DNA of 64,000 nucleotides from Obrimoposthia wandeli (lineage: Eukaryota): contig CDROCS010002161.1 of NCBI GenBank assembly GCA_977020255.1, positions 124,001-188,000 of the forward strand. Direction: 5' to 3'. Numbering within the stretch: the stretch's first letter is position 1; every line of letters begins with the position of its first letter. The translations under genes and the position numbers were made by a program. The notes beneath the pieces were generated by a model. It ran no database searches and was not told the DNA's origin. It saw only the letters and a program-made list of their open reading frames with translations. Below, piece by piece: positions 10,901 through 25,450 of the stretch.

Positions 10901-13359
10901 ACTGTAAGGTTAAGTAAAATTGCCTTAAGCAGTAGCGATATTAACACAAGTGAATAGCTAAAAATCGATCAGTTGCCTATGGACACTTTTTATACTCGGA
11001 CGAAAATGTATGATATTTTTATGTGTATATATTTTTACTAATCGTTTCTCTCTCTCCTTTGTGATTTTAAGGAATATATGTTTGAAATATATTTGTCTTT
11101 AATCTTTATTTAGAAATTATATAATACGTGATTAGTACTTACATAAAGTTACAAGTTTTTGCAATATAAATGCAGTACGTGACTGTCTTTGTTTGAGACA
11201 CTTGATTAGTAATAACATAAAGTTGCATGTTTTGCAATATAGATGCAGTACGTTACCGTCTTTGTTACACACACACACACGTATAAGAACATTTAAATAT
11301 ATTTAGCAAATTATATATTACTTATCTTTACAAGTAGATCATTTAATTGAATTTAGTGTAATTAAATTTAGGAAATTATATTATACTTATAAGCACTCGA
11401 TGCCGGGATAGGGAATCAAATCGTGAATCAGTATTAGTAAATTGGTGATAATGCTCAGTACCTCAGGTTAGTTGTCGTTATACTGCTTGACTGAATTCAA
11501 GTTCTAATATATGTTTAAAATACACAGGTAGTGAGACAAATATATCTTGATGGTTCTCTAAGAACGTTATCCTTCTATTGTGTTTTTCGAACACTATTGA
11601 AATAAACCTCATGCATGTTTCTAGCAGTGTGTGTAACGGTAAACCTTTTATAGATATCACATTTTGACTGTTGATAGAATACAGAATTTGATATGCTACT
11701 GATTTTCCGAATTATCACAGCCAAATTTGACGTTCAATGAAGAGAATATGCTGCGAGCTTATCCGCATCATGCACACAAACACGAGAAGAGAAAATATTG
11801 TCTTATGATTGAGTGACGTAATTGGATGTGAATCTTTCAAGACAAAGCTCTGACCTTGAGCTCATTGTGGGCATATGATGTCACGTGATGAGTCATGGTC
11901 TTTGTTTGATGAGTAATGGTATTTGTTCTCAAAACAGATTTCTAGAACAAAGGAATCTGGAAGTTACTTTGTGTACTCGGGTAACTTGATTATGTTTGTA
12001 TAAAAGCTAGCTTATTTCACTTGTTCCCGTGGTTGTGTAATCTCACTTAATTTGCATTGTGAATGTCTAAACTGCCATTTACGGGGAAGGGCTAAAATAT
12101 ATTTAATATGTGTGGCCGAACTGAGTTATTTTAACAATGCCAATTTTTCAAGTTAAAAGGGTTACCAACACTAATTTATGTAAACTTCAAAACACTTCCT
12201 TACGAATCCAATACTTTATAATAATTCCGAACATGGTTATAAGTCAAATACTTTATTATAAGCTTAAGAGATCGAGAAAAAGAAATAAAAAGAAGTGAAT
12301 AAATTAATCAAGTTTGTAGTTCGAAGTAAACGAAAATTGAATTATCTTTGAATACAAAAATATAATGTATGTTATTTGTAATTCTAGTAGATTTAAATGG
12401 GTATTTCTTCGTTTTCCGCGGGGAATTTAACTAATATACAGGGATTACTTATCGTATACTTGATGAGGTTCAAAATTATGTTTAATTGATTAAAATGTAG
12501 TGGAATTTTGACAATAATTTCATAATAGTAATAAGTTATAAGCACATATAAATATGTTCTTATAGTACATGTAGTACTCAAAATTCGGAATATTTTAATT
12601 AAACTAATTTAATATATTTCAAAAAGATTTTTATTTGAATTTTTCGATAATGGCAAATGATAATACTAGAATTGAAACAATTGAACTTGTGCAAATGGAA
12701 CAAAATATCCAAGTGGAATTTATTGTATTGTACCAACACACACATAAAAATAGGAAACCTGTTAAATAAAGTATTAAGAAAAATAAATGTGATATTCCAA
12801 GAATGTATGTCAGTTCAATTTTATTTAGATAGGAAAAACAGAAAGGCTACAAAACAAATTTTCTAACTATAAGATATTTAATTTTAGAAGAAAAAATCCA
12901 ACTTTTCTGTTATTTTTTAAAGTTTTTGCAATTAATTGACCTGAGACCGATTCCAATTTATCACCGTCTCTTTGTGTAAATCCATGTTCTTTTCGCTAAA
13001 AAGCAATATTTTCCTTAATATTCATCTGTTACATATTCGATACTTTAAGCAAATCAATAATTAGAGGTACAATTTTTAACACTCTTTTTCAAAATTATTT
13101 TTTTCTAAATTTTTAAATTAAATTGGAAAGTTTTTTCTAAATCCTTTTAACTTTTTGTTCCACGGTTACATTTTTAGACTTTTATATGAATTTCCAATAT
13201 TACAAAATTAATGCCGTACTTATTCACATTCAACTGTGATTCAATTGGAAATTTTAATCGGATCTTTTGATAAAAAAAATAAACTTACACTATGTATTGA
13301 AACAAAAAAAAGAAGCAAATATTAACAAATTGTACACAATCATTTATAACATTTAGTAA

Positions 13360-14055
13360 CTATTTCTTCGATAATATCTCCAACAGATGAGCGATTTTCT
13401 CTAAAGCATTGACCTTTCTTTCTTCGAGGTCAATCAAAACACAATGATCCTTGTATCCAAATAAGGGTTTCTGCTGTTCACACGTATTCGATGTTGTATT
13501 TTGTTCAGAATAGGACGCACTATGGTCTACGATACTCGTCGAATTTGTATCAATTCTAGTTGAACCGTCTGAAACATCCTGGTTGTTATTATTTGAAGAA
13601 TTCGAAAACTTCTTTTTATTACTCGGAAATTTCGATGGAATTTGGAATACATGATTTTTCATACGCTTTTCAACTTTTTCAGAACCACTGGAAGAAATTG
13701 TAATCAACGATTTAACTGGAGTAGCCGTTATGGTTCTCCTAGTTCTAGAGATCCCTCTATCTAGACTAGAAACCGAAATATGTGTCTTCTTTTCTAAAAC
13801 TTTTCTTTGATTGACTCTATTTGGACTTTCTTTGTCTAAATCAATACTTCTTTCAATTGAACCGTCCGACATAATCTTATCTTTGATAACTCTTTTTGAT
13901 TTGGAGATAAATGAATGAGGCATTTTACTTAATAAACGGACTGATTTCGCTCTCGGACTTAAAGAAAGCATCCGCTTCTTAGATATGGGGATTGTTTTGT
14001 TTTTACCAGATCTTTTAAGCGATGACGACTGATTAGAAATCTCATGTGTATTCAC
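13360..14055 (-). CDS. Ser/Lys-rich ORF, probable last exon of a transposon-associated gene
   Basis: Preceded on the minus strand by a TTTAG acceptor. Ends LEERKVNALEKIAHLLE, reminiscent of the coiled tail of Harbinger-type accessory proteins; family not established. Confidence 0.35.
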   Translation of the reverse strand: MNTHEISNQSSSLKRSGKNKTIPISKKRMLSLSPRAKSVRLLSKMPHSFISKSKRVIKDKIMSDGSIERSIDLDKESPNRVNQRKVLEKKTHISVSSLDRGISRTRRTITATPVKSLITISSSGSEKVEKRMKNHVFQIPSKFPSNKKKFSNSSNNNNQDVSDGSTRIDTNSTSIVDHSASYSEQNTTSNTCEQQKPLFGYKDHCVLIDLEERKVNALEKIAHLLEILSKK

Positions 14056-14499
14056 CTAAATTATAAAAATTAGATAATTATATAAAATACAAAAATCAAG
14101 CTAATTTCAAATAATTAAAATATTTTCATATATTCGACTTGTTTGTCAATTGAATTTCTGGGAATGTTTTTGTTTTTTCTCAATACATATAAAAAATTAT
14201 ACATAATCTATGTAAAGCTGTAATACTGATTGGCTATCGATAAAGCAAGAATTTAAATCAAAATTATTTTAATAAACTAAATGACATCAGAGGTTTGAAA
14301 ATATTTTCCAATTTAAATTTCATGACAACAGCTAAAGCCTCAACAAAAAAACAAAGTATGATTGTTTCAATTTTTCTTTTGGCACAGAAAACGCACTTTG
14401 ATATAAATTATTTTATTTCTTGAAACATTCCTTTTAAATATAAGTTATCTTTCATATAGTTATAAACTTTTTGCATTAACAGATGACAAAGATTTTGGT

Positions 14500-16690
14500 G
14501 AATTTCATTAGCGTTCTTCAATACCTTCAATGCGATATTCTAACTTAAAATCTGATATATTTGCCAGCCATGTTTAAAATTGAGGTCTGCTTTTTATTGT
14601 CCTTAAAAACTCGAAAGCTTTATGATCTGTTCTTGCCAAAATTTCTGTTCCATATAAATATTGTTTGAAATGCATAATAAATTTGTGTACAGCTAAAAGT
14701 TCTTTTCTAGTAACCTTTTTCATGAGAAGTCAAGTGTCTTGAAGCGTACACAATAACTTTTTAGTTACTAATTTTACCCAGTTGTCTCAATACTGTTCCA
14801 ATCGCACCAAAGCTTGAGTCTGTATCAATTATAAATTTTCTATTTCGCCTGGGAAAGTCTAATATGGGAGTTTTTTTTTCTTGGAGTGCAAAAATTGTTT
14901 TACAATCCGGTGACCAATGTATTAACTTGTTATCTCCGGAACCTGTCGCATTTAAAGAAGCTGCAATTTTGGCATAATCTTTAAAAAATCATCCATAATA
15001 GTTTGTCATATTTAGGAATGATGTTAGTTTTTCCCTTCAATTTTTTTTCTTTAAAATTTATAATTTCGTTGACTGAAGATGCAATTATTTTGAATGCTTA
15101 CCTTAATAATTTAATGTTCTTCTTGGTTGTTACTATAAACAAGGATATACAATTGTTCTTTTGAACAGCAAACCATCCAATATTTTATGCATCAGACTTT
15201 GGAATGTTGCAAGTGATGTAGCCAACCCTAGTGGCTATTGATTGAAACACAATTGTTCCAGTTTTGTACCGAAGGCAGTTTTTGTCTGACTTTCATTTTC
15301 TAGATCTACCTGGTAATAAACTTGTCCAAAATCTAGTGTCGTAAATATCTTTGCATCACCCAGGCAATCAAACAAGAGTTGTGCATTCGGTATTGGAAAT
15401 ATAAACTGCATGGTTACAGCATTCTATTGTCTAATCTAGCTTCTTCACAATGATCAATGGTGAGTTCCAAGGACTTTCACAACGCCTAATTACGTTTACA
15501 TAAAGTAAATTTTCAATCATTTCATAAAGTTGGTTTTCTAAATGCATTGGTTGTCACCTAGGATTTTGACAAATTGAATCTGCAATCGTCTAAATTTTAT
15601 GGGAGACAATTAAGGTATATCCTAAATGAAATTTAGAACACATAAATAGTTTCCCAAACTCCTCAATATAATGCCCTATAATTGAGTTTCTATTGCATTT
15701 TAAAGAATTACATATTTTATATGTTCTGTCTTTCGATGAAAACGTTTTCATCATGCAAGGCGAGTCCAAATTACATACTTCCTGCGGCTTTATCCTAAAT
15801 GTTTTCATTCTATCGATTCCACAAATAAAGTCTGGTTTAATTTCTTCTACAACGATTATTTCCAAAACTTTCTCCTTTCCATTCCATAACACTTTAGTAT
15901 TAAATCTACCTAAAGATTGTTGATGACTACTATAAGAAACTCCACTCAGATATAAATTACTCTCTCTCATTTGTGACATCCTACTTTCTTCCAACAATCT
16001 TTACTCATTACAGTAACTGATGCTCCGGAATCCCACAGCATTTCAAAAATATACATCATTAATCCTCATTATATTCCATTCACGACCATCATTCTTCATA
16101 TACTTATTTTCATTCCGATTTGGTTCTACATGCTCAATCCAACTGACGAAATGTGAGTCACTATTACAATATTCTAAATCTTCATTATTTTCTCTTACTT
16201 CTTCTGTTATACAAAGTACTCTTGAAGTTTTATGTGAGTTCTTTAAAAGCAGCTCTTGAAATTGTGATCTTTTCCACAAATCAAACATTTATGATTGAGA
16301 GGGCATTAATTTCGAAAATGACCTTTTTCACCGCAGCAAAAACATGCTTCTGGCTGAAGTTCTTCACTTTTTGTAACATGCAGTCTCTTGGCTAAGTTAC
16401 ATTTTCTTTTAGCTATTTGTTTTAAGGAAAACCTCGGCATTGGTTTCCTTTATTTTGGTTTTGTGCATCCCTATATATGTATATTTTTTCTTCATGATGT
16501 ACTTGTACTGGGTGTTTCTTCGTATTGTTTGAGAAATGAGGACAGTTGTATTTTCTTTTTAATGTATTAGCATATGTATTCTGAACTTGTACGATCTCGG
16601 TTTTCATTTTTTGTATACATGAGATTTTACAAACAGAAAAACCTGAGGCAAAACCATTGAATGGCATGATTACACAATAACTAAACACTC
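14500..16690 (-). mobile_element. Heavily decayed Ty3/gypsy element (gag-PR-RT-RNase H relic)
   Basis: Minus-strand frames give AKIFTTLDF.Q.YYQV...QTKTAF, PLGLATS.ATFQ.LM (RT), FIIDTDSSFGAIGTVLRQ and IVYASRHLTSHEKGY (RNase H), and DFICGID (protease C-terminus). Confidence 0.75.
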
Positions 16691-19600
16691 ACCGAATCGG
16701 ATCCGGGTGCGAAAATATCAGTAATTGGTATTATACATTCTTTGTCAAGGGAAATCTAAATAAGAAAAGAATCATTAATAATAAAAATCATACAAAATTT
16801 AATAGATTTAACGTCACTTGATTCATAACTAAAATCAACAAAATGCTAATTAGTTATCATCAAATTATTGTTATTTTTTAAAAAATATACACTTTACTCT
16901 CATTATAAGTGTATTATAAGTGCTTTAGGGTTACATCTGACTGTATGTACAACTATGACGAAACCATTATATATTACAACATTTTGTCGGACCAAACTGA
17001 CAAAATCTGAATCCCAGAGGCATGAAGAAATGCAAGTCAATAATATATGTTATCCTTTGTGTTAATTCCCAATGCCCTGTTTAGGAAAAAATGTTGGTAA
17101 TTGAAAAGATTAAAAAGCCCAAGGTGCTTCAAGCAATTCAATTCGAATATATATAGCAAGCAAAAAAGGTGTCGATAAATTTGATTATTTTTCTGGTGTG
17201 GCTAATCTTAATGTCAAATCTTAACAAAAAAAGTGGTATGACTATTAGATAATGCAACTAGTCATTGTGACATTGTACTCTCAAATGCTACAATTGTTAA
17301 ACTTCAAGATGACTTCGACTAGACAACCATGTAATGATAGGATAATTTGTAAAGGTCAAAGTCATTTACAGACTATTTCAATTTATGAGATTGGTTGATA
17401 TTATTCAGATTGACGACCCAAAGTCGTCAATGATCTTTCTTAAATAAGAAAATTCAATTCTACTATTTGATTCAAAACTTCATTCGACATGTAGGATTAG
17501 TGAATGGTCATATCCCTAAAATTTTGATCGTTTAACCACGCACAGCGAATGAATTTATTTGATGATTATTTTCTTTTTCCTACATTGCAGTTAACATACG
17601 ATGTTGATGTGTAAATAAATTTAGTTTTGGAGAATGATGTTGTCGAAGCTGAATTAAGTGTCGAAGGAAATGAAAACAATGAGCCGGAACCCATTAACTT
17701 CAACAGCTAATCCATTTTGACAAAAGTATTTTCTTTTTGTGAAGCTCAACAGAACACTCTAAAAAAGAATTTAAAATATTATCAACACTTTTCACATTTA
17801 TTTTCCGAATCTAAATTGAAACAGACATAAATCGGTGACATTTCCAAAAAATTAATCATTTTTAAAATTATGCTTTGGCAACCTTAGATTGAAAACAAAA
17901 TGTCAATATTTTGTCTTACAGAAAAGACGTAAAATTCAGCTTTAAAAAAACTTTGAAACAACATCTTTTTGTTTTCGATGTAACTCCATGTCAAATTTTT
18001 TGGATGTAAATAGTTCTGTTATTACCGGGTTTATCAGTAATAACATAAGTATATGGTTAATTATTTTATCTAAATTCGACATGACAAGAAGAAATAAAAA
18101 TTCAAATAAATATATAATATTCACCTTTCAAAATTATTGAAAAAAAAAAATTTAATTGGATTATTTATTTGAAAACTAAAATTATCTCAAACTTGAATTT
18201 TCAAGACGATTTTACCTTGGTTTATTTCACTGTTTGTCTAGATGAACTCTTGATAGCAAAAGTATGTTAAGGTTTCAATTTTCAAAACACCGAAAGTTTA
18301 ATTTATTTTTGGTGTGAAGAAATAGAATAGCTAAATATATTTTTGAGCAAAGCAAACAAATTTATTTTTTACTATAATTCCGAATATTTCAATAAGAATA
18401 CGTTTCAAATAAATAATTATAATATCATAGACCTAAGATTCCCAATTAATTTCATGTCACATTTTATAATTGCAACTTCCATATAAAATTTGAAGATTTA
18501 CTCAAAAAATGCATCTACATATTTTTTTTACAAATAAAACTTACTGATTCATCTAATTCTGGACTAGATAAAATTTCACAAATATTTGAAGTTTCTATAA
18601 CCTATAAATAAAAACAAAATGTCATAATATTAACGTAATGTAGAATTTATATAAGATAATAAATTTAACAAACGTTAAAAATGAGAATTAAATTATTTTC
18701 CTTAAAAATTCAATTTCACGATTTATAATGAAATATGTTAGTTACAAATAAATAAATGAGGGTTAGTTCAATTTTATTTACTTTCTTATTTGAAAAACAA
18801 AATTAAATATTTAACATTTCTTTTGAAAATGCCTTTGCATAAACAAAAGTACTCCAAATTAAACAATTGGCTCAGATATCGTTTAATCATAAAAGAGTGT
18901 TAATTACTACTTATATTTTGCTTCAAATTACAGAAATATTATTGAAATATAAAAATAACTAGTTTTATAAAACAACATTCTTTGATTTTCAAGTCAAATT
19001 TAGACAATGGTTGATAAATATATATGGCATCTTTAACTCATTTTAAGTCATTACTGTAATTAAATAAATGTACGATTTATGAAATACAAATAAAAACCAT
19101 TGCCATGTATTAAAGGACAAACCAAATCTCACCGTAAACCAAGCTTCTCTAAGGTAATTATATTCAAAAGTTAACGGCAGAAATTCCATGAATATTACAT
19201 TTTTAAAAAAATATTTACGACAAATAAAAAACTATATTCGTGAAACGACTTAATATTTTGTAAATTTTGCATGTGCTTCAGAATTTTTAAAAAATCTGGA
19301 TATCAAAATCTCAAGAAGTTATGAAAACAATGAAAAGTCTAAAGCATATTTCATGTACCTGGCAGGCTAACTGGCTAAAATAACGAATATGTTTCAAGCG
19401 AATGCATTGGAAAATAACCATGTCAGTTTAAACTGTTTTTGATAAATTTGTTAATTGAAAAGAAAATTAAGGCCCATTATTGATTGGCCCATACATGAAT
19501 ATAAGCGTATTAAAAAATTTTAATATTGAAAACTTTTTCATCAAAATAATTTAAAATGTAATTATCGCCAGTTGCATTATGTTTAATTTTGATTGAATTG

Positions 19601-21312
19601 CCTACGACACAGTGCGCTATATACAATATTATGTGTTATGCAACTAAACCGTACATTAATAATTTATATAATGTATAGAGTTTACAGATTAAAAAAGTAT
19701 TTTAATTACAAATTCTAAATCATTTAATAACCAAACTTAAAAGTAATCATAAACACAGAAACATAAACCCATGTACATTCATAATAAAATAACTGATGTT
19801 GATGAAAACTAACTTTCTTTGAACGCTTACTACTGGATGCCTTAATTTTCTAAATTGAAAAAAATGTTTTACAAATTTCAATTTGTTTACTGTACATTAT
19901 TGGACTAACAAAATAATTAACAGTTTTTTGGCATAAATATATAAAATACAAACTATAATTTGATCAGACTCATTTCATCAATTAGTAGCTTTCATAAATT
20001 GTAATTCAAAATTACATTACATGTTAAAACATTCTTAAAACTGACTGGAGCGAAAGCATTTATTATTAAAGATACTAACAGTACTAACCTTAGAGTCTTC
20101 ATTTTTCTCATTTCTTTTATTAACCATTATAAACGAATTATTTTTTAAAACAATTTTCAAAATGTTCAAACTTTATTTTTTGAAATGATCATTAGAAACA
20201 TTTTTTAAAATAAATATTTCATATTTTATTAAAAACCATTAAAAGTAAAACCTACTACTTAAATCTAAACGTAGTACTAAACAACTAAATTAAAAAGAAT
20301 ATTTAAAGAATTTTGTTTATGTATATAAGTTATGAAAACAATGAAAATATTAATGCATATTTCATGACCTGATAATATAAATATATTGTTGTAAAATCAA
20401 ATTAAAAAAAACGTTATTAGATGGAAAAAAAATTAAATTAACTGTTAGAGTTAAATTTAGTTTAACTATAAAAGTTTAAGTTTTGTTGCTTAAAGAGTAT
20501 TTTAAAAATATAGGATCATTTTATAGTAACATATGTATGAAATGTGTATGTTATATAGAGATAAAGTTATGTCATCACATTTAATGTCCGAAATTATCAA
20601 TGCATAAGACCAGAATTTCTTACTAAATTAATATTTTAATATATTTTGAATTAAAAGTTGCGCTATTAAAATTTCAAATTCAAATGACATGCACACAATT
20701 TAAAATTTAAAAATAAAAATACAACCTTCAAGTTGTTAAGTTAACACTTCTAAAAATTAATATGAATGTAATGGCTTATTCGACGAGTTAAAAAGACAAG
20801 TTAAGTACGATTACAAACGAGAAACCAATTTATCAGTGGCGACTGATAGTTCAACTTGATTCACTATCAACTGAAGGCAAACATATATCTTCAGTACCTA
20901 CTGACAAATGAACAGATGTTGTAGACTAGCAGGTATAGATAACAATATTTACGAAGTATACAAATTTCTTTACGACTAACATTTATGCATTTGAGCAGGT
21001 TTCACACACTAAAATAAATCAATAATGTACATTATTTCAATTACGATTATAAAACTGATGAACTACCATTGTGCTGAAAGCAAGCAAATTGTAAATCCAA
21101 ATCATTTCAAAGGCACAACCAAAGGTGTAAGGGTTGATAGCAAGATAGGTAATACAGATAAATTGGATAGACAACATGGACACTGAGTGGGATGATGTAG
21201 TCACCGTTATCGATTCGTTGCATCTGAAAAGTCTTCATATGTTGCGGTGTGGTCCTCGGCGTTTCCAGACAAAGAGCGAGACTTCACTCGACTTTGTTGA
21301 TATATGCGTATT

Positions 21313-21733
21313 CAGGCCCGGTTCTAGAACTTTTATGTGTGTAGGCGAGATGTATATTTGCCGCCCAAAAAAATTCAATTATTTTAAAATTGAAGAAAAA
21401 TAGAAAAACAATATAACCTAAACTTAATTATGTATATATATTTATTTAATTAGAAACATTATATAAAAACAAAAATAAACATAAATAAATTCAATTTATA
21501 CCAAAATAAAACATAACGCAAACAAATCATAATTAAAAGTGAATTTTCCTTCCTTTTAATTCTGCAAAATCTTTGACTAATTCTTCCATGGATTTACATG
21601 GATTTTGAAATTTATTTCGTTTCGTTTTGAAAAAGTATCAAAAATAAAATTAAGAAAATGCCGCCCTAAAATATTTCGGAAAAGTGCCGCCGTCGGCTAT
21701 CGCCGACGTCGCCTACGCCTAGAACCGGGCCTG
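21313..21733. mobile_element. Non-autonomous hAT element (MITE), 421 bp
   Basis: Perfect 15-bp TIRs CAGGCCCGGTTCTAG / CTAGAACCGGGCCTG. Perfect 8-bp TSD TGCGTATT at 21305-21312 and 21734-21741. Confidence 0.92.
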
Positions 21734-23339
21734 TGCGTATTCAATACGATTTACGTACCTCAATGCTATAAAAAATTCTAATAGCTTTAAAAGGAAATCT
21801 TGAAAGACTTTCATAAATAAAATATAGTGATGTTCGAAAATATATATTTTATTTAATATATAACTTATTTTTAAGTTGTAATAACAACTAAAGTAAATGT
21901 CAAAATAATTTTCAAGAAAGGCGTTTACATGTTATGAGAAATACACTGTATTTATGTATGAATATCAGGGAAATGAACTAAAAAAGTTCAGAATGATTTT
22001 TTTTATTTTTATAGGTTAGATTACAGATTTAATATGATATGAAAATATATTCAAAGTTTAATTTTAAATTAATAATGTTTGCTAATATATTATATATTTT
22101 ATTTATAATAACATTTTGTTTATTTGCTTATTTGTATCTCAATTTTTGTTAAAAAAAATATTTAAATTTTACAAATAGTTTTGATTAACAATAGTTACAT
22201 TTGTATAATAAAAAATTTAAATTTATGTCAACTTTTTAAAATTTAAATAAAATAATATTCATATGATAACTGATTTTTTGGTATTTATTTTATTATGACC
22301 GATTTCACATCAAAAAGTTGTCAGTAAAAACTCGAGTCCTGATCTAAAAATCGTGCCTACAATTTCAAAAAATATATATTTCAAATTTATAAAATATTAA
22401 AAATAATTAAGCTTCAAAAAATAATTTTTTTAAAATTATGTCAAATATATTAAAACTGAATAAAGCTCTTCAAAAGTCATTAGAAATTAGAAATTAGAAA
22501 TTTATGTGTAGATTTTATTGAATTCAAACCTTGGCAGTGAAATCAAAATCAGTTTAGCATTGCCATATATTGAAATCATTTTTGAAGTCATTCTTGAGAC
22601 GAACACAAGCGAGAACCACTGAAATATATTAAGAAAACCGTGTAATATATTAAAGAGGCATCAAATTATACGAGTTATGAATTCTGTGAAAATATCAAAA
22701 GTAGAGAATAAATATCTGATCGAAATTTTTACAAAATCTGATATTGATCAATTGAAAAATATTTTGGGATTTTACATTACCGATTATGCATATGAAGGAA
22801 ATTCTTTACAGCTTAAACTGATCCCAGTCTGGCTTTTAGAGATCTAGGATATTTGATTGCTCCAATTTTAAATGAAGAACTATGGAATATTTCAATATGT
22901 TTCAATGGATATTTTGCTGATGACGGGAAAATGCAGCTTCTTTAGACTTTGAGTGAAGCCAATATGGTGTTTTATGTTTGATTTAATAAATATTTTGACT
23001 CGTTTTTTCTCCTATAAATCTGATCTAAACGGGTTTTCTCCTATAAATTATATAAATCTTATTAATTTTTTTCTCTAATAAATTATATATTATATATTTA
23101 ACAAACGTAGTAATTTATTAATCTTTCTTAAAAATAGTAGTAATATATTCACATAAACATATTATTTGAAATCTCGTCTGCGATAAGCCCCCAGGGTCAA
23201 AATGGATTCCCATGGTCTTCTCTAATCACCTTTGAGATTAGCGGTAAAATTGAAGTAAAATAATTTATATTAATTTATTCAAAAATGAGTTAAAAATAGA
23301 TTATGAATTTGTAAAGTTATATATAGTATGTTTAGATAA

Positions 23340-23573
23340 AGTTAATGAAAAATACTGTTGCGGCCGGAGGGCGCGATTTTTTGGTAGTTATCTTCGCGCC
23401 CAAAGAGCTCGAAAATGATATTGATACTCGCGCCTTGAGGGTGCAAATTGTGGCCACCCAGAAGGGTACGTTGAGGCGGCCGCACCAGTTCCACCCCACT
23501 CCACACACATGCACTGTTTTAAATGACAGTGGTAGCTCCCGGGGTTGGATTAGACGGGACATATCCACCTACT
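23340..23573. mobile_element. Polinton terminus (right end, ...CACCTACT) abutting a pPolB fragment
   Basis: ccacacacatgcac..ttttaaa.gacag...ggattaga...acatatccacctact matches the terminus at 26561 and the reverse complement of the one at 42559. AG(T) start is typical of Polintons. Confidence 0.75.
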
Positions 23574-24400
23574 TGCACGCCACTCCCAAATATTACCCCA
23601 TAGCACGATCGTGATCTCTGACTAACTTAGACTGGGTACCACATAAATAACAGGATATACTAGAATTAAAAATAATCCAGTCTATGTCTGTCATGATCAT
23701 TGGTAGATGAGCATTAAGATTATACCACGGTTTGACAATTGTGGTTCCGAATTCCTCTAATTTTAACATAAAATCTAAAATACAATTTGAACCGGAAAAT
23801 TCATGATACTGAGATATATTGGGGCCTAAGAATAGTAGTCCTGCCGAAGCCGGTAGGTGAATACTCTCATACTGGTCGTCCAATGCTAGAAATGACTCAA
23901 ACTCAGCATACACCTTGAATTCCATGGGTATGCATTTTGCCCAACCCCTGATTTTAAATTCTTATCCTTAGGCATGGTGTATAACGTATTGTCATCAGGA
24001 TTCAGTGAACATAATGTCAGATGTTTGCTGTAAGAGAGCTCGGATCGGAATCCATGCAAACATCTATGACACCACTTACACCTTCGTCTGTTACATTAAC
24101 TGGGATATCAGTATTATATTTGAATACATTAATACACAAGTTATTAAGATGTTCAAATCTTGATATTGCAGTTAATTTAACAGGAAAATCTTTTCCATGA
24201 TACTGCAATTCATTTAAAAAAGGGGTATATTTACTGACACGCTCTCTATGCTCAGTAATTACATCCCTTTTGAGGATGGCCAACACTCTATACAGACAGC
24301 AAAGGTTATCACTGTTTTGTACGTTAACAATGGAACGTGAAAGTTGAAGAGATCTAGGTGAAGGAATGTATGAACTCCCCGAAAGATATATCATGTCAGT
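23574..24400 (-). pseudogene. N-terminal part of a second Polinton pPolB, truncated at 23573
   Basis: GSSYIP..IVNVQNSDNLCCLY..LA, RERVSKY, FPVKLTAISRFE..NNLCINVF, KVYAEFES, CYLC..LVRDHD then G*YLGVAC, where the sequence switches to the foreign terminus. Confidence 0.8.
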
Positions 24401-24424
24401 GAACTTTGTTAGAACAAAGCTAAC

Positions 24425-24538
24425 ATCGTGAATTCTAACTAGAGTCCATCCACTACTTAACTCGCTATAATTAGCAATTTTGCATCGTGAATTCTAACTA
24501 GAGTCCATCCACTACTTAACTCGCTATAATTAGCAATT
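24425..24538. repeat. Short direct duplication (~57 bp x2)
   Basis: catcgtgaattctaactagagtccatcccactacttaactcgctataattagcaatt occurs twice in tandem. Confidence 0.85.
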
Positions 24539-24899
24539 GCAGCTGATGTGGAAGGTGCTGCTATTGTTGATGCTGCCGATGTTGAAGGGGCTACTGTAGC
24601 AGGTGCTGCCGATGTTGAGGCAATTGCAGCTCGTGTTGTAGGTGAGGCATCTAATGCTGGTTTCGCAGATTATGCGCTTGTAGACGCCATGATCACTCGA
24701 TCATCAATAGCTGATGTCATAGAAGCGACTGTTGTGGACGTCGATGATGCATGTGCTGAAATTAATATATTAAAAAATAAATATATTTAAAAAAATTACC
24801 TCTAAGGCATGCTAACATTGATATATTTTATTCCTCCAATTAAAACTTTTGTTCATTTATATTTTAGGTATTTTGTAATTGGTTGAAAATGTTTTTTTT

Positions 24900-25450
24900 A
24901 TATATTGTATTTCTCGAATTAAAAGTATTGTTTATCTACATGTCAAGTAATAGTAAGATAGACTTAAACACTTTTTTTATGCGCAATGTTCACCATGATC
25001 GCGATATGGACAGAAAATATTTAGTAGAATTTTTAATAGATGATCACGGGAAATATTTAAGGTATTCAATCTCAATTCTGGAAAATATTTTTTAAAATCT
25101 TATACTTTTTGCCATCCATTTCATCTAAAACATAACAAATCCATTTTCAATATCAAAATTAGATTTAATTGTATCGAAAATACATATTTCACCTTCTTTC
25201 CATTTTAATAAATGAATTTTTCTTTCTTATCATATAATCTAAACTTCTAAATGGGATATCTACATAAAATATGAAATGCAAAGGATGAAAAACGTCGCAT
25301 ATATCCATAATACATAATTATTTTATAATGTAATCTCCATTTTGTTAATGAAAGCCTCAAAGTCTTCTTGCATATATTCTTGTATAATTACCCAAATATG
25401 TAGCAGATCCCTTTGTTTATAACGAATTAAAATAGAAACCAATAATCAAA
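24900..25450 (-). pseudogene. Degenerate paralogue of the DEDD-like Polinton ORF at 45692
   Basis: Reverse complement closely parallels 45710-46130 (gaggctttcattaacaaa...catcctttgcatttcata...gatgaaatggatggcaaaaagtataaga). Confidence 0.8.

Noticed and set aside
11800-11900. Cluster of CRE, E-box and AP-1-like motifs (TGACGT, CACGTG, TGAGTCA)
   Set aside because: Short motifs with no linked gene start; chance or TE origin cannot be excluded.
14100-14450. PHD-like Cys/His pattern upstream of the 13360 ORF
   Set aside because: Needs several frameshifts to assemble; too degenerate to support.
16700-21100. Short ORFs and faint TE-like fragments in the AT-rich stretch
   Set aside because: No motif strong enough to name a family.
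24548-24790. Ala/Val/Asp-rich plus-strand ORF
   Set aside because: Antisense of a Ser/Thr/Ala-rich minus-strand segment upstream of pPolB in Polinton copy A.
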